A stretch of 64,000 nucleotides of DNA from Octopus vulgaris (GCA_951406725.2 OX597816.1:52142001-52206000); one strand, 5' to 3'. Positions 25,367 through 39,542 are shown, counted from the stretch's first letter. Made by a program: numbers and translations. Notes: generated from the letters alone by a model not told the origin.

Positions 25367-26618
25367 TTGGGTTAGCAACTAAGTTCCCGCGTTTCTTTTA
25401 GATTTTGGAATTTATTGCGTTTTTAAAATTTAGAATCTATTTTTGAATCATTTTCTAATCTCTTGTTTTTTCCTAGTTAATTTTTGTTTATTTTCAGATC
25501 ATTAAAATGGAATGTCAAGTTAAGAAAAAACGAGCATTTTCGATACCTCCTTTTTGCTTTTAATCAAGGTTCTAAGGCTGCAAAATCTACTCGCGATATT
25601 TGTGCTGTGTATGAAGATGGTGCCATAGCTGAGAAAACCGCTCATAATTGGTATGCCAAGTTCAAAAATAGAAATTTTGACCTGAAAGATGCACCTCGTC
25701 CTGGCCGTCCAGTTGACTTCGAGGAAGAGCGATTAAACCAACTTTTGCGCGAAGATTCTCGTCAGAAAAGGAAACTGGCAGAGAAAATGGAATGCTCCCA
25801 CACTGCTTTAGAGAAGCAACTTCACTCGATGGGAAAGGTTCAGAAGTATGGAGAATGGGTTCCACATGCTTTAAGTGACAACAACAAAAATCAACGAGCC
25901 ACAATCTCCGCTGGTTTGCTTGCGCGTCACCGCTCAACTCATGGACACAAGCAACGATTTCTCTACCGAATAGTTACTGCCGACGAAAAAAGGTGCCTGT
26001 ACATTAATATGAAGCTGCGTAAGGAATGGCTTAGCCCCGGTAAACAAGCGACACCGCGCGTGAAACAAGATCTTGATCTGCGTAAAACGATGTTGTGCGT
26101 ATGGTGGGAATGGGATGGGATTATCCATTACGAATTGCTTGAACGGAACCAAACGGTCAACGTGGAACATTATGTTCAACAGATGGAACGACTCAACACG
26201 GCTATTTAAGAAAAAATACCTAATCGACAGCATGGAGTTCTTCTGCTGCACGACAACACCCGCACTCATATCGCCAAAATGACCAAGGAAGCCATTCAAA
26301 CGCATGGTTGGGAAGTGCTTCCACAACCGCCGTATCTGATTTGGCACCAACGGATTTCAACCTCTTTCAATCTCTTTCAAATGCTATGCGTGGAGTTTCG
26401 TTCAATACTGATGCAGAATTGAGAGCTTGGTTGGATCAATTTTTCGAGTCGAATTCGAGTGATTTCTACCAACGAGGTATTGAAAATATTGTTGAACGTT
26501 GGGAAGAAGTTGTAAACAACAAGGGTGAATGCATTATTGATTAATTAGTTGTTATCTTTTATTAAACCTTTTAAAAAATTAAAATTAAAATACGGTGTGA
26601 ACTTAGTTGCCAACCTAA
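25367..26618 (+). mobile_element. Full-length mariner (DD34D-type) transposon with inactivated transposase (25507-26544)
   Basis: TA-flanked TIRs ttgggttagcaactaagttc / gaacttagttgccaacctaa. Motifs WVPHAL, IVTADEK, LHDNTRTH and DLAPTDFNLF. There is a stop at 26207-26209 plus frameshifts. Confidence 0.95.
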
Positions 26619-26619
26619 T

Positions 26620-26805
26620 ATATATGTGTATGCGTGTGCGTGTGCGTGTGTGTGCGTGTGCGTGCGTGTGCGTGCGTGTGTGTGCGTGTGTGTTTGTGTG
26701 TGTATATTTATATACATATATGTGTATATATAAATATATATATATGTATACATATATTGTATATATATATATATATATATATGTATATACATATATCTAT
26801 ATGGT

Positions 26806-26841
<36 letters not shown>

Positions 26842-26922
26842 CATGTATATATATATATGGATATATATATATACATATATATGTATATACACATAAATAT
26901 ATGGATATATATGTATGTATGA

Positions 26923-26955
<33 letters not shown>

Positions 26956-27266
26956 TATGTATATACACATGCATATATGGATATATATATATATATATAC
27001 ACATATATATACATATATATACAATAGAAACCGATTGAACAACTACCAGTCTTTGGAAAAAAACAAGTGCTACAGTCGATGTGACATTAAACGAGTCAAG
27101 GTGGTCATTCTGTATGACCGCATTGCAATGACTGGATCAAGTAAAAGAATTAGAAATATACGTAAACATAATCATGAGGCATCGACTTGAATAATATAGA
27201 TATCATTGTGTGTGTGTGTTTGTGTGTTTGTTTGTTTGTTTGTTTGTTTGTTTGTTTGTATATATG

Positions 27267-27322
<56 letters not shown>
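26620..27322. repeat. Compound microsatellites
   Basis: (TG)n, (TA)n and (TTTG)n tracts. Confidence 0.9.
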
Positions 27323-27326
<4 letters not shown>

Positions 27327-27473
27327 TCTGAGCGAATATAAATCCAAACTTACAGGGAAAAAATTCAATTTTATTAATTATTTACATTTTATTGTTATTT
27401 TAATTTTAATATTTCTATTATATGTAATTTTCTAGATGGTGTAATTTGAATCGATAAAATGTTGTTTTTTTCA

Positions 27474-27518
<45 letters not shown>

Positions 27519-27521
<3 letters not shown>

Positions 27522-28997
27522 TCACCTCCCACATCATTAAAGTGTTTGAAAGAGTGTTAAGATCAAGGATAGATGACTTCCTGGAGACCCACAAACTCCT
27601 AAATTCAAATCAGCATGGCTTTCGCTGTGGCAGGGACTGTCTAACACAGCTCTTACACCACATTGAAGATGTACTCAAAGCCTTGGGAACAGGTTCGAAC
27701 TCTGACGTCATATATCTTGACTTCAGTAAAGCGTTCGACAGGGTAGACCATAACATCCTACTCTCGAAATTGGCAAATGTTGGAATCCGTGGAAAAGTTC
27801 TACACTGGATTAAGTATTTCCTGGCGAATAGAACGCAACATGTTGTAGTTGATGGAGTCCACTCAAACCCAGCAAAAGTCACCAGCGGTGTTCCCCAGGG
27901 AACTGTTTTGGGTCCGCTACTCTTCATAATTTACGTAAACGACCTTTCCAGTGTCGTACATCACTGCAAAGTGAAAATATTCGCTGATGACACTAAGCTC
28001 CAGCAAATCGTCAATGAAGAAGCAGACCGAACTCAACTCCAGTCTGATCTATATGCTGTGAGTCAATGGGCAGATATAAACAAAATGCAACTGAATGAGG
28101 GAAAATTTGAGCTGATGCATTTTGGAAGAAATTCCTCACTAAAACAACCATACTCTCTTCCTTCAGGGGAACCGCTCACAGCCTCTAACAATATCAGAAA
28201 CCTGGGTGTAATTGTTGATGACGATCTCAGTTGGAGTGCACACATCAACAAGAAGGTTGATATAGCTCGTAGGATGAGTTCCTGGATCTTAAGAACTTTC
28301 CGGTCCAGAGAACAAGGTGTCATCATACCACTTTTTTCCTCCTTTGTACGGCCACACCTTGAATACTGCTGCCCACTGTGGTCTCCTCACACAAGACAAA
28401 ACATCTCCAGAATTGAGTCACCCCAGAGGGCTCTCACTAAACAAATTGAAGGCATGGCTGCTCTCGATTATTGGGATCGCCTTAAAACCTTGAAACTTTA
28501 CTCCCTCCAGCGTCGCCGTGAGCGGTACATCATTTGTACGATGTGGAAAATATACCGCCAACTTTGCCCAAACGACCTAAACATTAGCTTCAAGGTCCAT
28601 CCAAGACTTGGACCACGGGCTATACGTCCCCTGCCAAATTCAAGATCACAACATACATGTACACTGCAACATAATTTCTTTTCCTCAACAGGCCCTGCCC
28701 TATTTAACATTGTCCCGAGGGAGATCAAAGAGGAAAAGGATCCCATCAACTTTAAACAGAGTCTGGATAGATTCCTTCAAAGAATACCAGATAAGCCACC
28801 CATAATTGGATACAACTCACCCAACAAGAACTCACTACTTGAACAAAACTGGATACAACTCACCCAACAAGAACTCACTACTTGAACAAAACTTGACTTA
28901 AACTGGATTCGAATAATCCTATCAGGTGGTGCTATTAAGTTAGACATGGCCTGGACCAATCTCTGGTCGAAACATATCTAAGTTTTCTCTAAGTTTT
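27519..28997 (+). mobile_element. 5'-truncated CR1-group LINE inserted in (TA)n
   Basis: Uninterrupted RT ORF followed by a short 3' UTR ending in (ctaagtttt)x2. (TA)n on both sides. Confidence 0.9.
27542..28885 (+). CDS. Partial LINE reverse transcriptase (447 aa, N-terminally truncated)
   Basis: QHGFR, YLDFSKAFDRVDH, GVPQGTVLGPLLF, FADD, RPHLEYC..WSP and LYSLQRRRER. Confidence 0.9.
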   Translation: MFERVLRSRIDDFLETHKLLNSNQHGFRCGRDCLTQLLHHIEDVLKALGTGSNSDVIYLDFSKAFDRVDHNILLSKLANVGIRGKVLHWIKYFLANRTQHVVVDGVHSNPAKVTSGVPQGTVLGPLLFIIYVNDLSSVVHHCKVKIFADDTKLQQIVNEEADRTQLQSDLYAVSQWADINKMQLNEGKFELMHFGRNSSLKQPYSLPSGEPLTASNNIRNLGVIVDDDLSWSAHINKKVDIARRMSSWILRTFRSREQGVIIPLFSSFVRPHLEYCCPLWSPHTRQNISRIESPQRALTKQIEGMAALDYWDRLKTLKLYSLQRRRERYIICTMWKIYRQLCPNDLNISFKVHPRLGPRAIRPLPNSRSQHTCTLQHNFFSSTGPALFNIVPREIKEEKDPINFKQSLDRFLQRIPDKPPIIGYNSPNKNSLLEQNWIQLTQQELTT

Positions 28998-29014
28998 ATA
29001 TATATATATATATA

Positions 29015-29292
29015 GGACAAACTGAGACTGACCATGGGATTGCACCTAGAAAGTTACCCTCCCAGGCACAAGTCCGGGCATAGTTGTTTATGGAAGACCA
29101 GCAGTCACCCATGCGCCACCAGTGTTATCCAAGGGAAAGCAAAAGGGGCCAGTGACGTCGCAACTCATTGAGTGAACTGGAGCAACGGGAAATAAAGTGT
29201 CTTGCTCACGAACACAATACGAACCCGGTCCGGGAATCGAACTCACAACCTCACGATCGTAAGCTCGACGCTCTGACCATTGAGCCATGCGC

Positions 29293-29293
<1 letters not shown>
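29015..29293 (-). mobile_element. tRNA-derived SINE with another tail type
   Basis: Head gcgcatggctcaatggtcagagcg...gagttcgattcccgg. Confidence 0.8.
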
Positions 29294-29326
<33 letters not shown>

Positions 29327-29369
29327 ATGTATGTGTATGTATATGTATGTATATGTATATGTATGTATG

Positions 29370-29438
<69 letters not shown>

Positions 29439-29497
29439 ATGTATATGTATGTATATATGTATATGTATTTATATATATATATATGTATATATATATG

Positions 29498-29529
<32 letters not shown>

Positions 29530-29588
29530 CAAACATATATATATATATATATATATATACAAACATATATATATATATATATATACAA

Positions 29589-29671
<83 letters not shown>

Positions 29672-30244
29672 TGTATGTATGTATGTATGTATGTATATCC
29701 GTGTGTCGAGAGAGGGAGACAGTGACAAATTTGCAAATTATACCAAAAAGAAACAGAAATGCGTGATAACAGTTGAAATAGTTTCGTTGGCATTGTCTGC
29801 TGTTCGATAAACCGATTTAGCTGCGACAATCTGTATCGAACACAATAAAATCATCACATGAAGCTTTATTTTCAACATCAAAAGCAAAAATGCAGAATAA
29901 ATGCACGTTACTGATATACCCGAAAGATGTGAATGTTGCAGATATATTCAAACGGAGTGGATATCACAAATATATTCAAAAGGCTTAAATGATAGAGACG
30001 CAGATTTGAACAGAGCACCATAACCTTGTTAATGAGTTTCACAAATACGCACCCGCTGTTCATGCACACTCACATATACGTACACACACACACACACTTC
30101 TATATATGTATATACATACTTATATATATATTTATGTGTATATAAATATACGTACATATATATGTATAGACACACACATATATATATATGTATATATATA
30201 TGTATATATATATATATGTATATATATATGTATATATATATATG

Positions 30245-30275
<31 letters not shown>

Positions 30276-30415
30276 GTATGTATATATATGTATATATATG
30301 TATGTATATGTATGTATGTATATGTATGTATGTATATGTATGTATGTATATGTATGTATATATATGTATATAAATATGTATGTATGTATGTATGTATATA
30401 TATATGTATAGACAT

Positions 30416-30480
<65 letters not shown>
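29293..30480. repeat. Compound (TA)/(TATG)/(CA) microsatellite blocks
   Basis: Seen directly; interrupted by about 370 bp of unique sequence. Confidence 0.9.
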
Positions 30481-30481
<1 letters not shown>

Positions 30482-31606
30482 GTATGTGTCCGCTTGTGCC
30501 TGTATATATATGCATGTATACGAGTGTTTGTAGCATTTAATATGTCAGGGTATGCGTGAATGTTATTATTTCCATATTACGTAACTCTACAGCGTGGAAG
30601 AGAAAGTATGCGTATTGGAAGTAAGTGTCGAAATTAATTGGTTAAGTTGTTGGCAATGATAAGGCCGGATATGCTACACTGAACTTCTTCACAGTGGTTT
30701 ATCTATATTTTTCCTCTACATATTTGTCATGCTGATGTAACTGTTAAAATCCCGGCGTCGGTATGTGTCGGTATAGGTTAGAAAAATTGATGACGTTTTG
30801 GTCTCATTTTATGCAAAAAAAAGTGAACGAAATTGTTCCTCAGTTGATTGATCTGAAATATGGTTAAGGATGGTTCAGATACTGGCGCTTGCTTCACTAA
30901 ATAGAAGGACGAAATAGTGCATCATGTGAATTGTACAAAACGAGATGGCCTAATTTCTTGCTGCTTCTTGATATGGCAAAAAAGGTTGTTGTTGTTGGGG
31001 CTCTTAAGGACGTAGGTGTTCTAGCTGACTGCTGTATGAAAGTACTCACGCAAAGTAGTCCCGGTACCAGCTTGTCTGAATACAAATTCTACTACTAAGG
31101 AAACCAAACAGTATAGCTTTTGATTTATGTCTCATGTACCTTTTTAGTGCATATACAAATTAAATCCAATCAGTAATTGTTTCAACGTAAAAGATTTCTG
31201 GTAATATTATGAATCGTTTAAAAACGCCCCGAGAGCCTTAACATACCTTGAAAGGAATTTAATTAACATTCTGAGAAAACAGGGAAATTCATTTTATTTT
31301 TTAATGTGATTTTGTGTGAGAAATGTAATATATAACTAAACCAACATAAGCTTGTTCCGCAAGAAGCGCATGTGATTCTTTTCTCACCGAATAAGCGATG
31401 TGATTAACCTCTCTTCTCATTTTACTATATTGAATTTACTAATCCAGCAACGCTGAATTGAATGTTATAGTGAACCTAAGAGGTTTTCAATGGTCCAAAA
31501 TATTAAACCTTTGGCAGTTTGAGCATAATGTTTTCACTAAGTCTGGGATTAAGTACCTGGTTGTACTGCAAAATACAGGGTCTTTGTTTTCAGTTGAATA
31601 ATATAT

Positions 31607-32201
31607 ATGTTGTGTCTGGGGAGAGTCATTTTCTTTTTGTGCCTTATAATGTAACACACTCAACGGTAAAATTTCCACTTATTTCTTATTTTTATTTTCC
31701 TAAAAGTTTCGTTATTGAAAATAAAATTGAAAGAGAATTGTTAATGAGACTTAGACCGTTTCAGCCGGAATGAAAAGTACAAGAATCAATTTAAGCGAAA
31801 TAACTAAACCAAGAATCCACACTACATTGCAATCATCTTGTAATGAGTTTACCATCACTACATTGTATGTACTAAGATGTCAGTGCACTTAGCTATGATG
31901 TTATATGAAATATTTATTTCGCAAAAACAGATTTCTTACATTTCGTTTTTGTATTTGGTTTGCAAGATTCTTTATTTGAGTTCGTGTGTTGAAGCATATT
32001 TTGTTGTGTCTGGAGAGAGGCATTTTCTTTTTGTGCCTAATAAGATAAAACAGTCACCGGTAGAATTTCCAGTTATTTCTTATTTTTTGCAAGACGCAAC
32101 GAAAGTTTTAGGAAAATAAAAATAAGAAATAATTGGAAATTTTACCGGTGAGTGTGTTACATTATAAGGCACAAAAAAAAATGACTCTCTCCAGACACAA
32201 C
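31607..32201. repeat. Three copies of a ~100-bp motif (two direct, one inverted); probable DNA-transposon termini
   Basis: gttgtgtctgg.gagag.cattttctttttgtgcct...atttcttattttt occurs near 31608 and 32003, and its reverse complement at about 32100-32201. Confidence 0.75.
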
Positions 32202-33811
32202 AGATTTCTTACATAAAACCACTTATTTAGTTTCTGATAAGAACCCAAGTCTACATTATGTTAGTAACAAAAAATTGTTGAAAGTTATTGTAAAAACTTA
32301 CCGTCCTTCCAGTAGAATTAAATTCTTTGCTTATAAAGCATTTGTCCAATGAAAACGCATTGTTTGTTTTACGTTGCTCTTTTATGAGCAAACACGCCCC
32401 ATGCTATACAAGATACCCCAAAACAGTAAACATTGCAATAAAACCTTTTAGATGATTAAGGTCAGCTAAGGCTGTGTTTTATTCAGCAAGATTAAATATG
32501 TTTTCTAGATGTAATATATTTGATTACAAACTAAATTTTCACCATGTTTATCAAATCGAATAAAATATCTAAAACAATTGCGACAGATAACATTTATGTT
32601 TTATAAATCAATTATCAACTTGAATTGGATGACAAATAAATTTGATTATGATTATTCGGGAAATAATTATATTATATTCCACCTATCTTGAAAACTATAA
32701 ATTATTCCTTTGATTTAACACATGTGTATCGTTTCGTTTTTCTTTCTCCTTACTAAATATAATCATACCTATGAATTATAAATTGATGCTCATCTCCATA
32801 AGTAATGTTTTTATTATGTTCTACACATTAAGTATACAGAATCAAGATACTGAAAGCAACATGGTAATTCGTTTAATGTATGTAATTTTATCCTTCTATG
32901 ATGTAAGTTCCAATTGCATTAGATTCTTCTTTGACTTTCATCTCTCCATTGTTTATAAAATATGTATCAGTTGTTTACGTGTAACTCCACTTCACTACTG
33001 ATCAAGCAATTCTATTGAAAGTAAGTACGATTATTTACGAACTACAGATGATATGATCCAGATATACCGTGCCTACTGAGAGTATGTGAAGGGTTATTGC
33101 TGCTCAATGGCGAGTAAAGAAAGATGAAGGTTTTGTTCGCCTTGTTGTAATGCAATGAATGAGGAGAGAAATGCAGCAGAGATGAAATGTAAGAGTGAAG
33201 AGGGGAGAGGAATATTCAGAAAGAAGCAGTGTGAGATCTGAATACGAAGGCGTCATTGGCGGGAAATGAATGAGATGTAATAAACAGGAAAGAATTAAAA
33301 AAAAGAACAGAATGATGGTCAGAGAAATGTAAAGGAGGGAATGCTACGTAGGTGTGATAGTGGTATGGACAATGCAATGAAGAGAGTATTCAACGTACAT
33401 TACAGCTGTACAGGTATTCGCCTTCTTGTAGACACAATAATATATGTGTGATGGGTATGGAAGCTTGTAAACGGAAGCACATACACAGATGTACGTGCAC
33501 ACATATAAACAGATGTATAGGCTTTCGCTTTGCGTTGTTTATGCATGAGTAGGAGCGGAATGTCGTAACCTGTAAATAATATTTCGTATGTATGTCTGCG
33601 CGTATGTTAGGCTGGGCATGAGAGTAGTTTATTTTATGTAGAGTTGTGTATATATGTTTAAGATTGTCTGTTTGAGGTGGGTGTCTATAGGGTGTTGTAC
33701 GTACGTTTGATGCAGACTCACAAGCCACATACTCCACTATTTTGCTCCATCAGCTCCTTTCCCCTCGTCATATACAGCTTTCCAGCCGGGTCAGCAACCT
33801 TTTCAATATAA

Positions 33812-33866
<55 letters not shown>

Positions 33867-33960
33867 TATGTATATATATACATATATATATATACATATA
33901 CATGCACGTGTGTGTATGAGAGTGAGTATGCCTGTATGTATATCTATCTATTTATGTATT

Positions 33961-34820
33961 CAGGTTGCGGGGAATAAACTGTCGTCTGAATTACGCAAAA
34001 ATGAAAATAACACTGACATCTCATTTTAACAGATATATTTACCAATATTACATTGAAATATCTTGAAATACTAAAGAGTAAATTTATTCAATAAAATCGC
34101 CATTGGCTTCAACCACGGCCCCCAGACGACTTCGGAATCTCCTGCAACTCTTTTGGACGGTCTTCTTGTTTGAGATGGTGAATGCTGCCATAATTCTTGC
34201 CTTCAGTTCATCTTTGGCGCTACAAGGAGATTTTTTGGTCTCTCGCTCAACTGTGCCACACACATATTAATCGAGGAGGCTGCAATTTGGAAATTTAGGT
34301 GGCCAGATGTTAGGGCTGATGTGGTGACAGAAATTGTCTGACAGCCATGACTAGGTTCTCTTGCCTGTGTGGCATGGTGCAGAGTCTTGTTGCCAGACAT
34401 AGGATCTTCCAACTGCGACCCTCTTGACCCAGGGCAGCACTACCTCCTCCAGGCACTTGATGTAGACCTCCGTGTTGAGTGTGAAGCCGTGTGGGAAGGT
34501 TAATGGAGGCATAACGTCACCATCACAAGTGATGGTTCCAAACACCATGACGTTGACTGAATGTTTGCTCGGTACATGTCCTCAGATTGACATCCAGACA
34601 CTTTGAAATATTCATATTTGAGCTTCCGGAGTGAATTTTAAGCTGTACAGCATATCGTTTCCAAATTTCTGGCAGAATGAACTGCGTCATCGTGCTGTTT
34701 TTTCACAGACGGTGCCCAACTGATCCTACTGTACTGTGTCGTCGACAAAATCAAAAACAAACAATGCGCATGCGCGAAATTAAAAGTATAATCTGGCGAC
34801 AATTTACCTATCGCAACCTG
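33961..34820 (-). mobile_element. Internally deleted Tc1/mariner-superfamily transposon
   Basis: TIRs CAGGTTGCG..aaactgtcg / cgacaattt..CGCAACCTG-TA. Translated motifs MVFGTIT..G.VMPP and YVWQQDSAPCHT. Confidence 0.88.
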
Positions 34821-34919
34821 TATGTGTATGTGTGAATTCATTTATATGTATTCATATATGTATTCATGTGTGTGTGTGTGTGTGTGTGCGTGCGTGTGCG
34901 TGCTTGTGTGTGTGTGAGC

Positions 34920-35150
34920 GTGCGCGTGGCTTAGTGGTTATGTCTTTCCTCCCGTGGTCATAAGATAGTAATGTCTATTCGTGGACCGGACGATGTTGGG
35001 CAAAACACTTCATTTCATCTACCTCCAGTAAACTCAAGTTGCAAAAATGAGTAAACCTGCGGCAGACCGGCGTCCCATCCAGGGAGAAAATATAAGCACC
35101 ACAGAATCCAAGAAAGCGGCCTTATCAGCCTATGATCTGGGAAGGATATT
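34920..35150 (+). mobile_element. Decayed tRNA-derived SINE (family C-like)
   Basis: gcgcgtggcttagtggtt head and gcggcagaccggcgtcccatccaggg domain. Confidence 0.6.
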
Positions 35151-36142
35151 TGACCTGTTTATACGTGCTACATATATATGTGTGTGTGATTTTATGTGTG
35201 TATGTGTATTTGTTTGTATGTGCGTGCGTGTGTGTTTGTGCGTGTGAGTGTTTTTGTGTGCGTTTGTGCGTGTGTGCGTGTGTGAGTGTGTGAGTGTGTA
35301 ACATAGTGAATTGAGATACGTTGATTAACTGAAAATTTGGGAAAATACAAAATGATGTAGGGAAATCTCATCTATCAAGACTGTTGGCGAAAAAGCACCA
35401 TTCTTCTTTACTCTCCATTAATGTACAAGACCCGAGGCCTTAGAGACCTTAGGTTTTCTATTTCACATGGAAATTGAAAATTACATTTTACAGGCACTCT
35501 TTATAGATTATTTGTTGTTGACGGAGATACCAGATTTCTTCGAACTTGAAAGATACAGTGTTTATGCCTATACATTTTCATGTACAATAGTCACTAAATC
35601 TGTTTCCCAAAGTATAGACAGATAGTTTTGAGTGAACATATAGAGAGATATACAGGGAATCTCGAACCAAACTTCACAGTTTTCCCCCATCTACCAGTGC
35701 AAAGAAACAATTTCTGTACAAGAACGTTTAAGTAAAGAGAAATATATTTATAGAAAACTACAGAACACGCCTAAATATGAACGCATAATCAACTTTTGTC
35801 TCTATATATTTTAAATCATGATCACATGATCACTGTATTCACCTCAATAATTTAGCTTATGAGTTTTTGTATGTTTATTTATAAGCCCCCAAAATGAGGA
35901 ATTACCTCTCTTCTCCCGAGTAATAACTTATCTCCATTTACCTCCCCTTTGATTTTTCTACTTGTTGATTCATTCACAAACTTTCATACGAGAACATGGA
36001 CTAAAATCTTCTTAAGAAAATACGAAATTACAATAATCTCAATGCCATGATTAGCGAAAGCGAAACCGGTCAACAAACACAATACTATTTCATTTAAAAT
36101 ATATTAAAACTATGTAAACTGGGCATTTTCCTACATATACTT

Positions 36143-36457
36143 TGTATGTATGTATGTATGGTATGTTATGTATGTATGGTATGTATGTATGTATGGTATG
36201 TATGTATGTATGGTATGTATGGATGGTATGTATGTATGGTATGTATGTATGGTATGTATGTATGTATGGTATGTATGTATGTATGGTATGGTATGTATGT
36301 ATAGTATGTATATATATAGATATACATATATATATATATATATATGCATATATATATATCCATATATATATATTCACACATGTATGTATGTATGTATGTA
36401 TGTATGTATGTATGTATGTATGTATGTATGTATGTATGTATGTATGTATGCATGTAT
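36143..36457. repeat. (GTAT)/(GGTAT)/(TA) microsatellite
   Basis: Seen directly. Confidence 0.95.
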
Positions 36458-36884
36458 GTGAAATTACTATAAACACAAATTTATATCATTTGTGAAGTTT
36501 GGAACTCTGTATTGAACGACAGCTGCAAGCTGACTGAATCATTAGAGCGGTTGAAGCATTGCATAGTATACGAACTATATCTGACATTTTTTTTAAATGC
36601 TTTTACACCGAATTCATTCGAGATTAGCTTTGTCCTTAATTCGAACGTGAAAAATAAAATGAAGTACCAATCTCAAGTATTGAGATCAATGGTATTGACT
36701 AATTCTCTCTCCTTAAAAACGATGATCATATGCCTAAAGCAGAAATTACATTGCCATTAACATTCTAACTAAAAATCCCGCTGAATTCAATTTTGCTTTT
36801 CATCAATCTGTGAACGATAAAATAAAATGCCTGTCAAGGACTGCCGGTGAAGATAGCTATTAAACCTCAATTCAAAAACTTCTC

Positions 36885-37101
36885 TTTTAATCTTTTACTC
36901 TTTTACTTGTTTCAGTCATTTGACTGCTGCCATGCCTTTAGTCGAGCAAATCGACCCCAGGACTTATTCTTTGTAAGTTTAGTACTTATTCAATCGGTTT
37001 ATTTTGCCGAACCGCCAAGTTACGGGGACGTAAACACACCACCATCGGTCGTCAAGCGATGCTGGGGGACAAACACAGACATACAAACAAACTCACACAC
37101 A

Positions 37102-37139
<38 letters not shown>

Positions 37140-37345
37140 CAGGAGTGGCTGTGTGGTAAGTAGCTTGCTTACCAACCACATGGCTCCGGGTTCAGTCCCA
37201 CTGCATGGCACCTTGGGCAAATGTCTTCTACTATAGCCTCGGGCCGACCAAAGCCTTGTGAAGCTGAAAGAAGCCCGTCATATATATGTATATATATATA
37301 TGTGTGTGTGTGTGTATGTGTGTGTGTGTGTGTGTGTGTATGCGC

Positions 37346-37377
<32 letters not shown>

Positions 37378-37712
37378 TTGTGTGTCTGTGTTTGTCCCCC
37401 CAACATCGCTTGACAACAGATGCTGGTATGTTTACATCCCCTTAACTTAGCGGTTGGGAAAAAGAGACCGATAGAATAAATACTAGGCTTAGAAAGAATA
37501 AGTCTTGGGGTCGATTTGCTCGCCTAAAGGCAGTGCTCCAGCATGGCTACAGTCAAATGAGTGAAACATGTAAAAAGAATAAAAGGAAGAATATATATAT
37601 ATATATATATACGACAGGCTTCTTTCAGTTTCTGTCTACCAATGCAGTGGGACTGAACTGGGAACCATGTGGTTCGTAAGCAAGCTACTTACCACACAGC
37701 CACTCCTGCGTC
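36885..37712. mobile_element. Cluster of SINE family B: minus 3' half (36885-37085), full plus copy (37137-37585), minus head fragment (37610-37712)
   Basis: Head gcaggagtggctgtgtggtaag..gggttcagtccc, internal microsatellite, tail cagtcaaatga.tgaaaca.gtaaaa. Confidence 0.88.
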
Positions 37713-37723
37713 TGTTAACTTTA

Positions 37724-37960
37724 TACCTATTTCTTTATTGCCCACAAGGGGCTAAACATAGAGGGGACAAACAAGGACAGACAAAGGGCCTACGTCGATT
37801 ACATCGACTCCAGTGCGTAACTGGTACTTAATTTATCGACCCCGAAAGGATGAAAGGCAAAGTCGACCTCGGCGGAATTTGAACTCAGAACGTAACGGCA
37901 GACGAAATACCGCTAAGCATTTCGCCCGGCGTGCTAACGTTTCTGCCAGCTCACCGCCTT
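37724..37960 (-). mobile_element. SINE family A, full length, Tx1-like tail
   Basis: Near-consensus head, core and tail. Confidence 0.92.
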
Positions 37961-38573
37961 TTCTTATTACCTATTCGAGCATTTCGTGCTAGTTTCTCCC
38001 TCACAACTTGCAAAGACTGTGTTGCTGAAATGAGCACTACACTACCATTGAGGAATCTAGGTATGTTTTCTTTTTTAACAACGCTTTTACTGGGTATTGG
38101 GGATCACGATTGTAGATTCTCATGTTATTTTAATGTTTCTTCTATTGTGTAGTTATTGTACAAGTAGGAGTGGATTGATAAAATCGCAAGGCTGCCGGCA
38201 ACATTAATATGTGATCTTTAATTACATCTCTTCAATTTTTATGTTCGAATCCCATGTCGCCAACTTCAATTTTCATCTAGTCATAACCAGACAAAATACG
38301 TGTGGGTACGCGCGTGCGTATGTGCACGTGTATGTGTGCGCATGCTTGTGCCTGTGTGCCTGTGTGTGCGGGCCTATGTGTGAGCGCGTGCCTGTGTGTG
38401 CGAGTGTGTGCGAGCGTGCGTGCGTGCCGGAGAGACTGCAGTGAATGGCGATGGAAAGCGTTGTTGAAGAGGCTACATGAAACGTGCCTTCTTGAAATTT
38501 CTAGTTTGTATGTATGTACAGTAGATATATCATATATACATGTTTGTATGTGTGTGTATATATATGTATGTAT

Positions 38574-38634
<61 letters not shown>

Positions 38635-38635
38635 T

Positions 38636-38828
38636 GTTTGTGTGTCTGTGTTTGTCCTCCCCTTGGCAACCGATGCTGGTGTGTTTATGTCCCCGTTACT
38701 TAGCGGTTAGGCAAAAGAGACCGATAGAATAAGTACTAGTCTTACAAAGAATAAGTCCTGGGTCCTAAAAGGCGGCGATGCTCCAGCATGGCCGCAGTCA
38801 AGTGACTCAAACGAATAAAAAAATAAAG

Positions 38829-38830
<2 letters not shown>
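38636..38830 (+). mobile_element. SINE family B 3' half
   Basis: Matches 40450-40645. Confidence 0.85.
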
Positions 38831-38867
<37 letters not shown>

Positions 38868-39080
38868 TAAGCAAGAAGGGTAGTAATATTATTTACTACC
38901 AGGTGCCCAGCACAAAGGACGAATTAGTCATAAGACAAAAATATTATTCATATAGAAAAATATTATTCATGTGGTTATACAATTAAGGGCTCCTAAATAA
39001 AGATGCCGAGTGCTGGGGACACAAAAAGGGGATGAATTTATCGAGAGTGAAAATCAAAAACGTTTACCGATAACTTTAAC

Positions 39081-39156
39081 AACTCGTACCGCGGTTTCTG
39101 CTTCTTTCTAGCAAAACACAGAATATGTTTGCTAAGGCTGGCTTCATCAGCGAGTC
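39081..39156 (-). ncRNA. Type-I hammerhead ribozyme motif (intact core)
   Basis: GACTCG-CTGATGA-[stem II]-GAAA-CCGCGG-TA-CGAGTT. Stem I is 6 bp. Confidence 0.85.
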
Positions 39157-39542
39157 GCCTGAATTTAATCGAGGTCTGCAGCGATGTGGGGCTATATGTT
39201 AAACCCGACTACTAGCAGATCTTAACTTTTCAAATCTCTGCGCAGACGCAAAATTTACACGGGCATGCCGGGAAGAATTTTACGAATAAATTCATCATGT
39301 AGTATGCGAATGTAAGCAAGAAGGGTAGTAATATTATTTACTACCAGGTGCCCAAGCACAAAAGACGAATTAGTCATAAGACAAAAATATTATTCATATA
39401 GAAAAATATTATTCATGTGGTTATACAATTAAGGGCTCCTAAATAAAGATGCCGAGTGCTGGGGACACAAAAAGGGTGTCCTGCTAGTAGTCGGGTTTAA
39501 CATATAGCCCCACATCGCTGCAGACCTCGATTAAATTCAGGC

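Noticed and set aside
28945-28976. GACC-loop-GGTC-GAAAC in the CR1 3' UTR as a hammerhead
   Set aside because: There is no upstream CUGANGA; it is more likely the LINE 3' recognition stem-loop.
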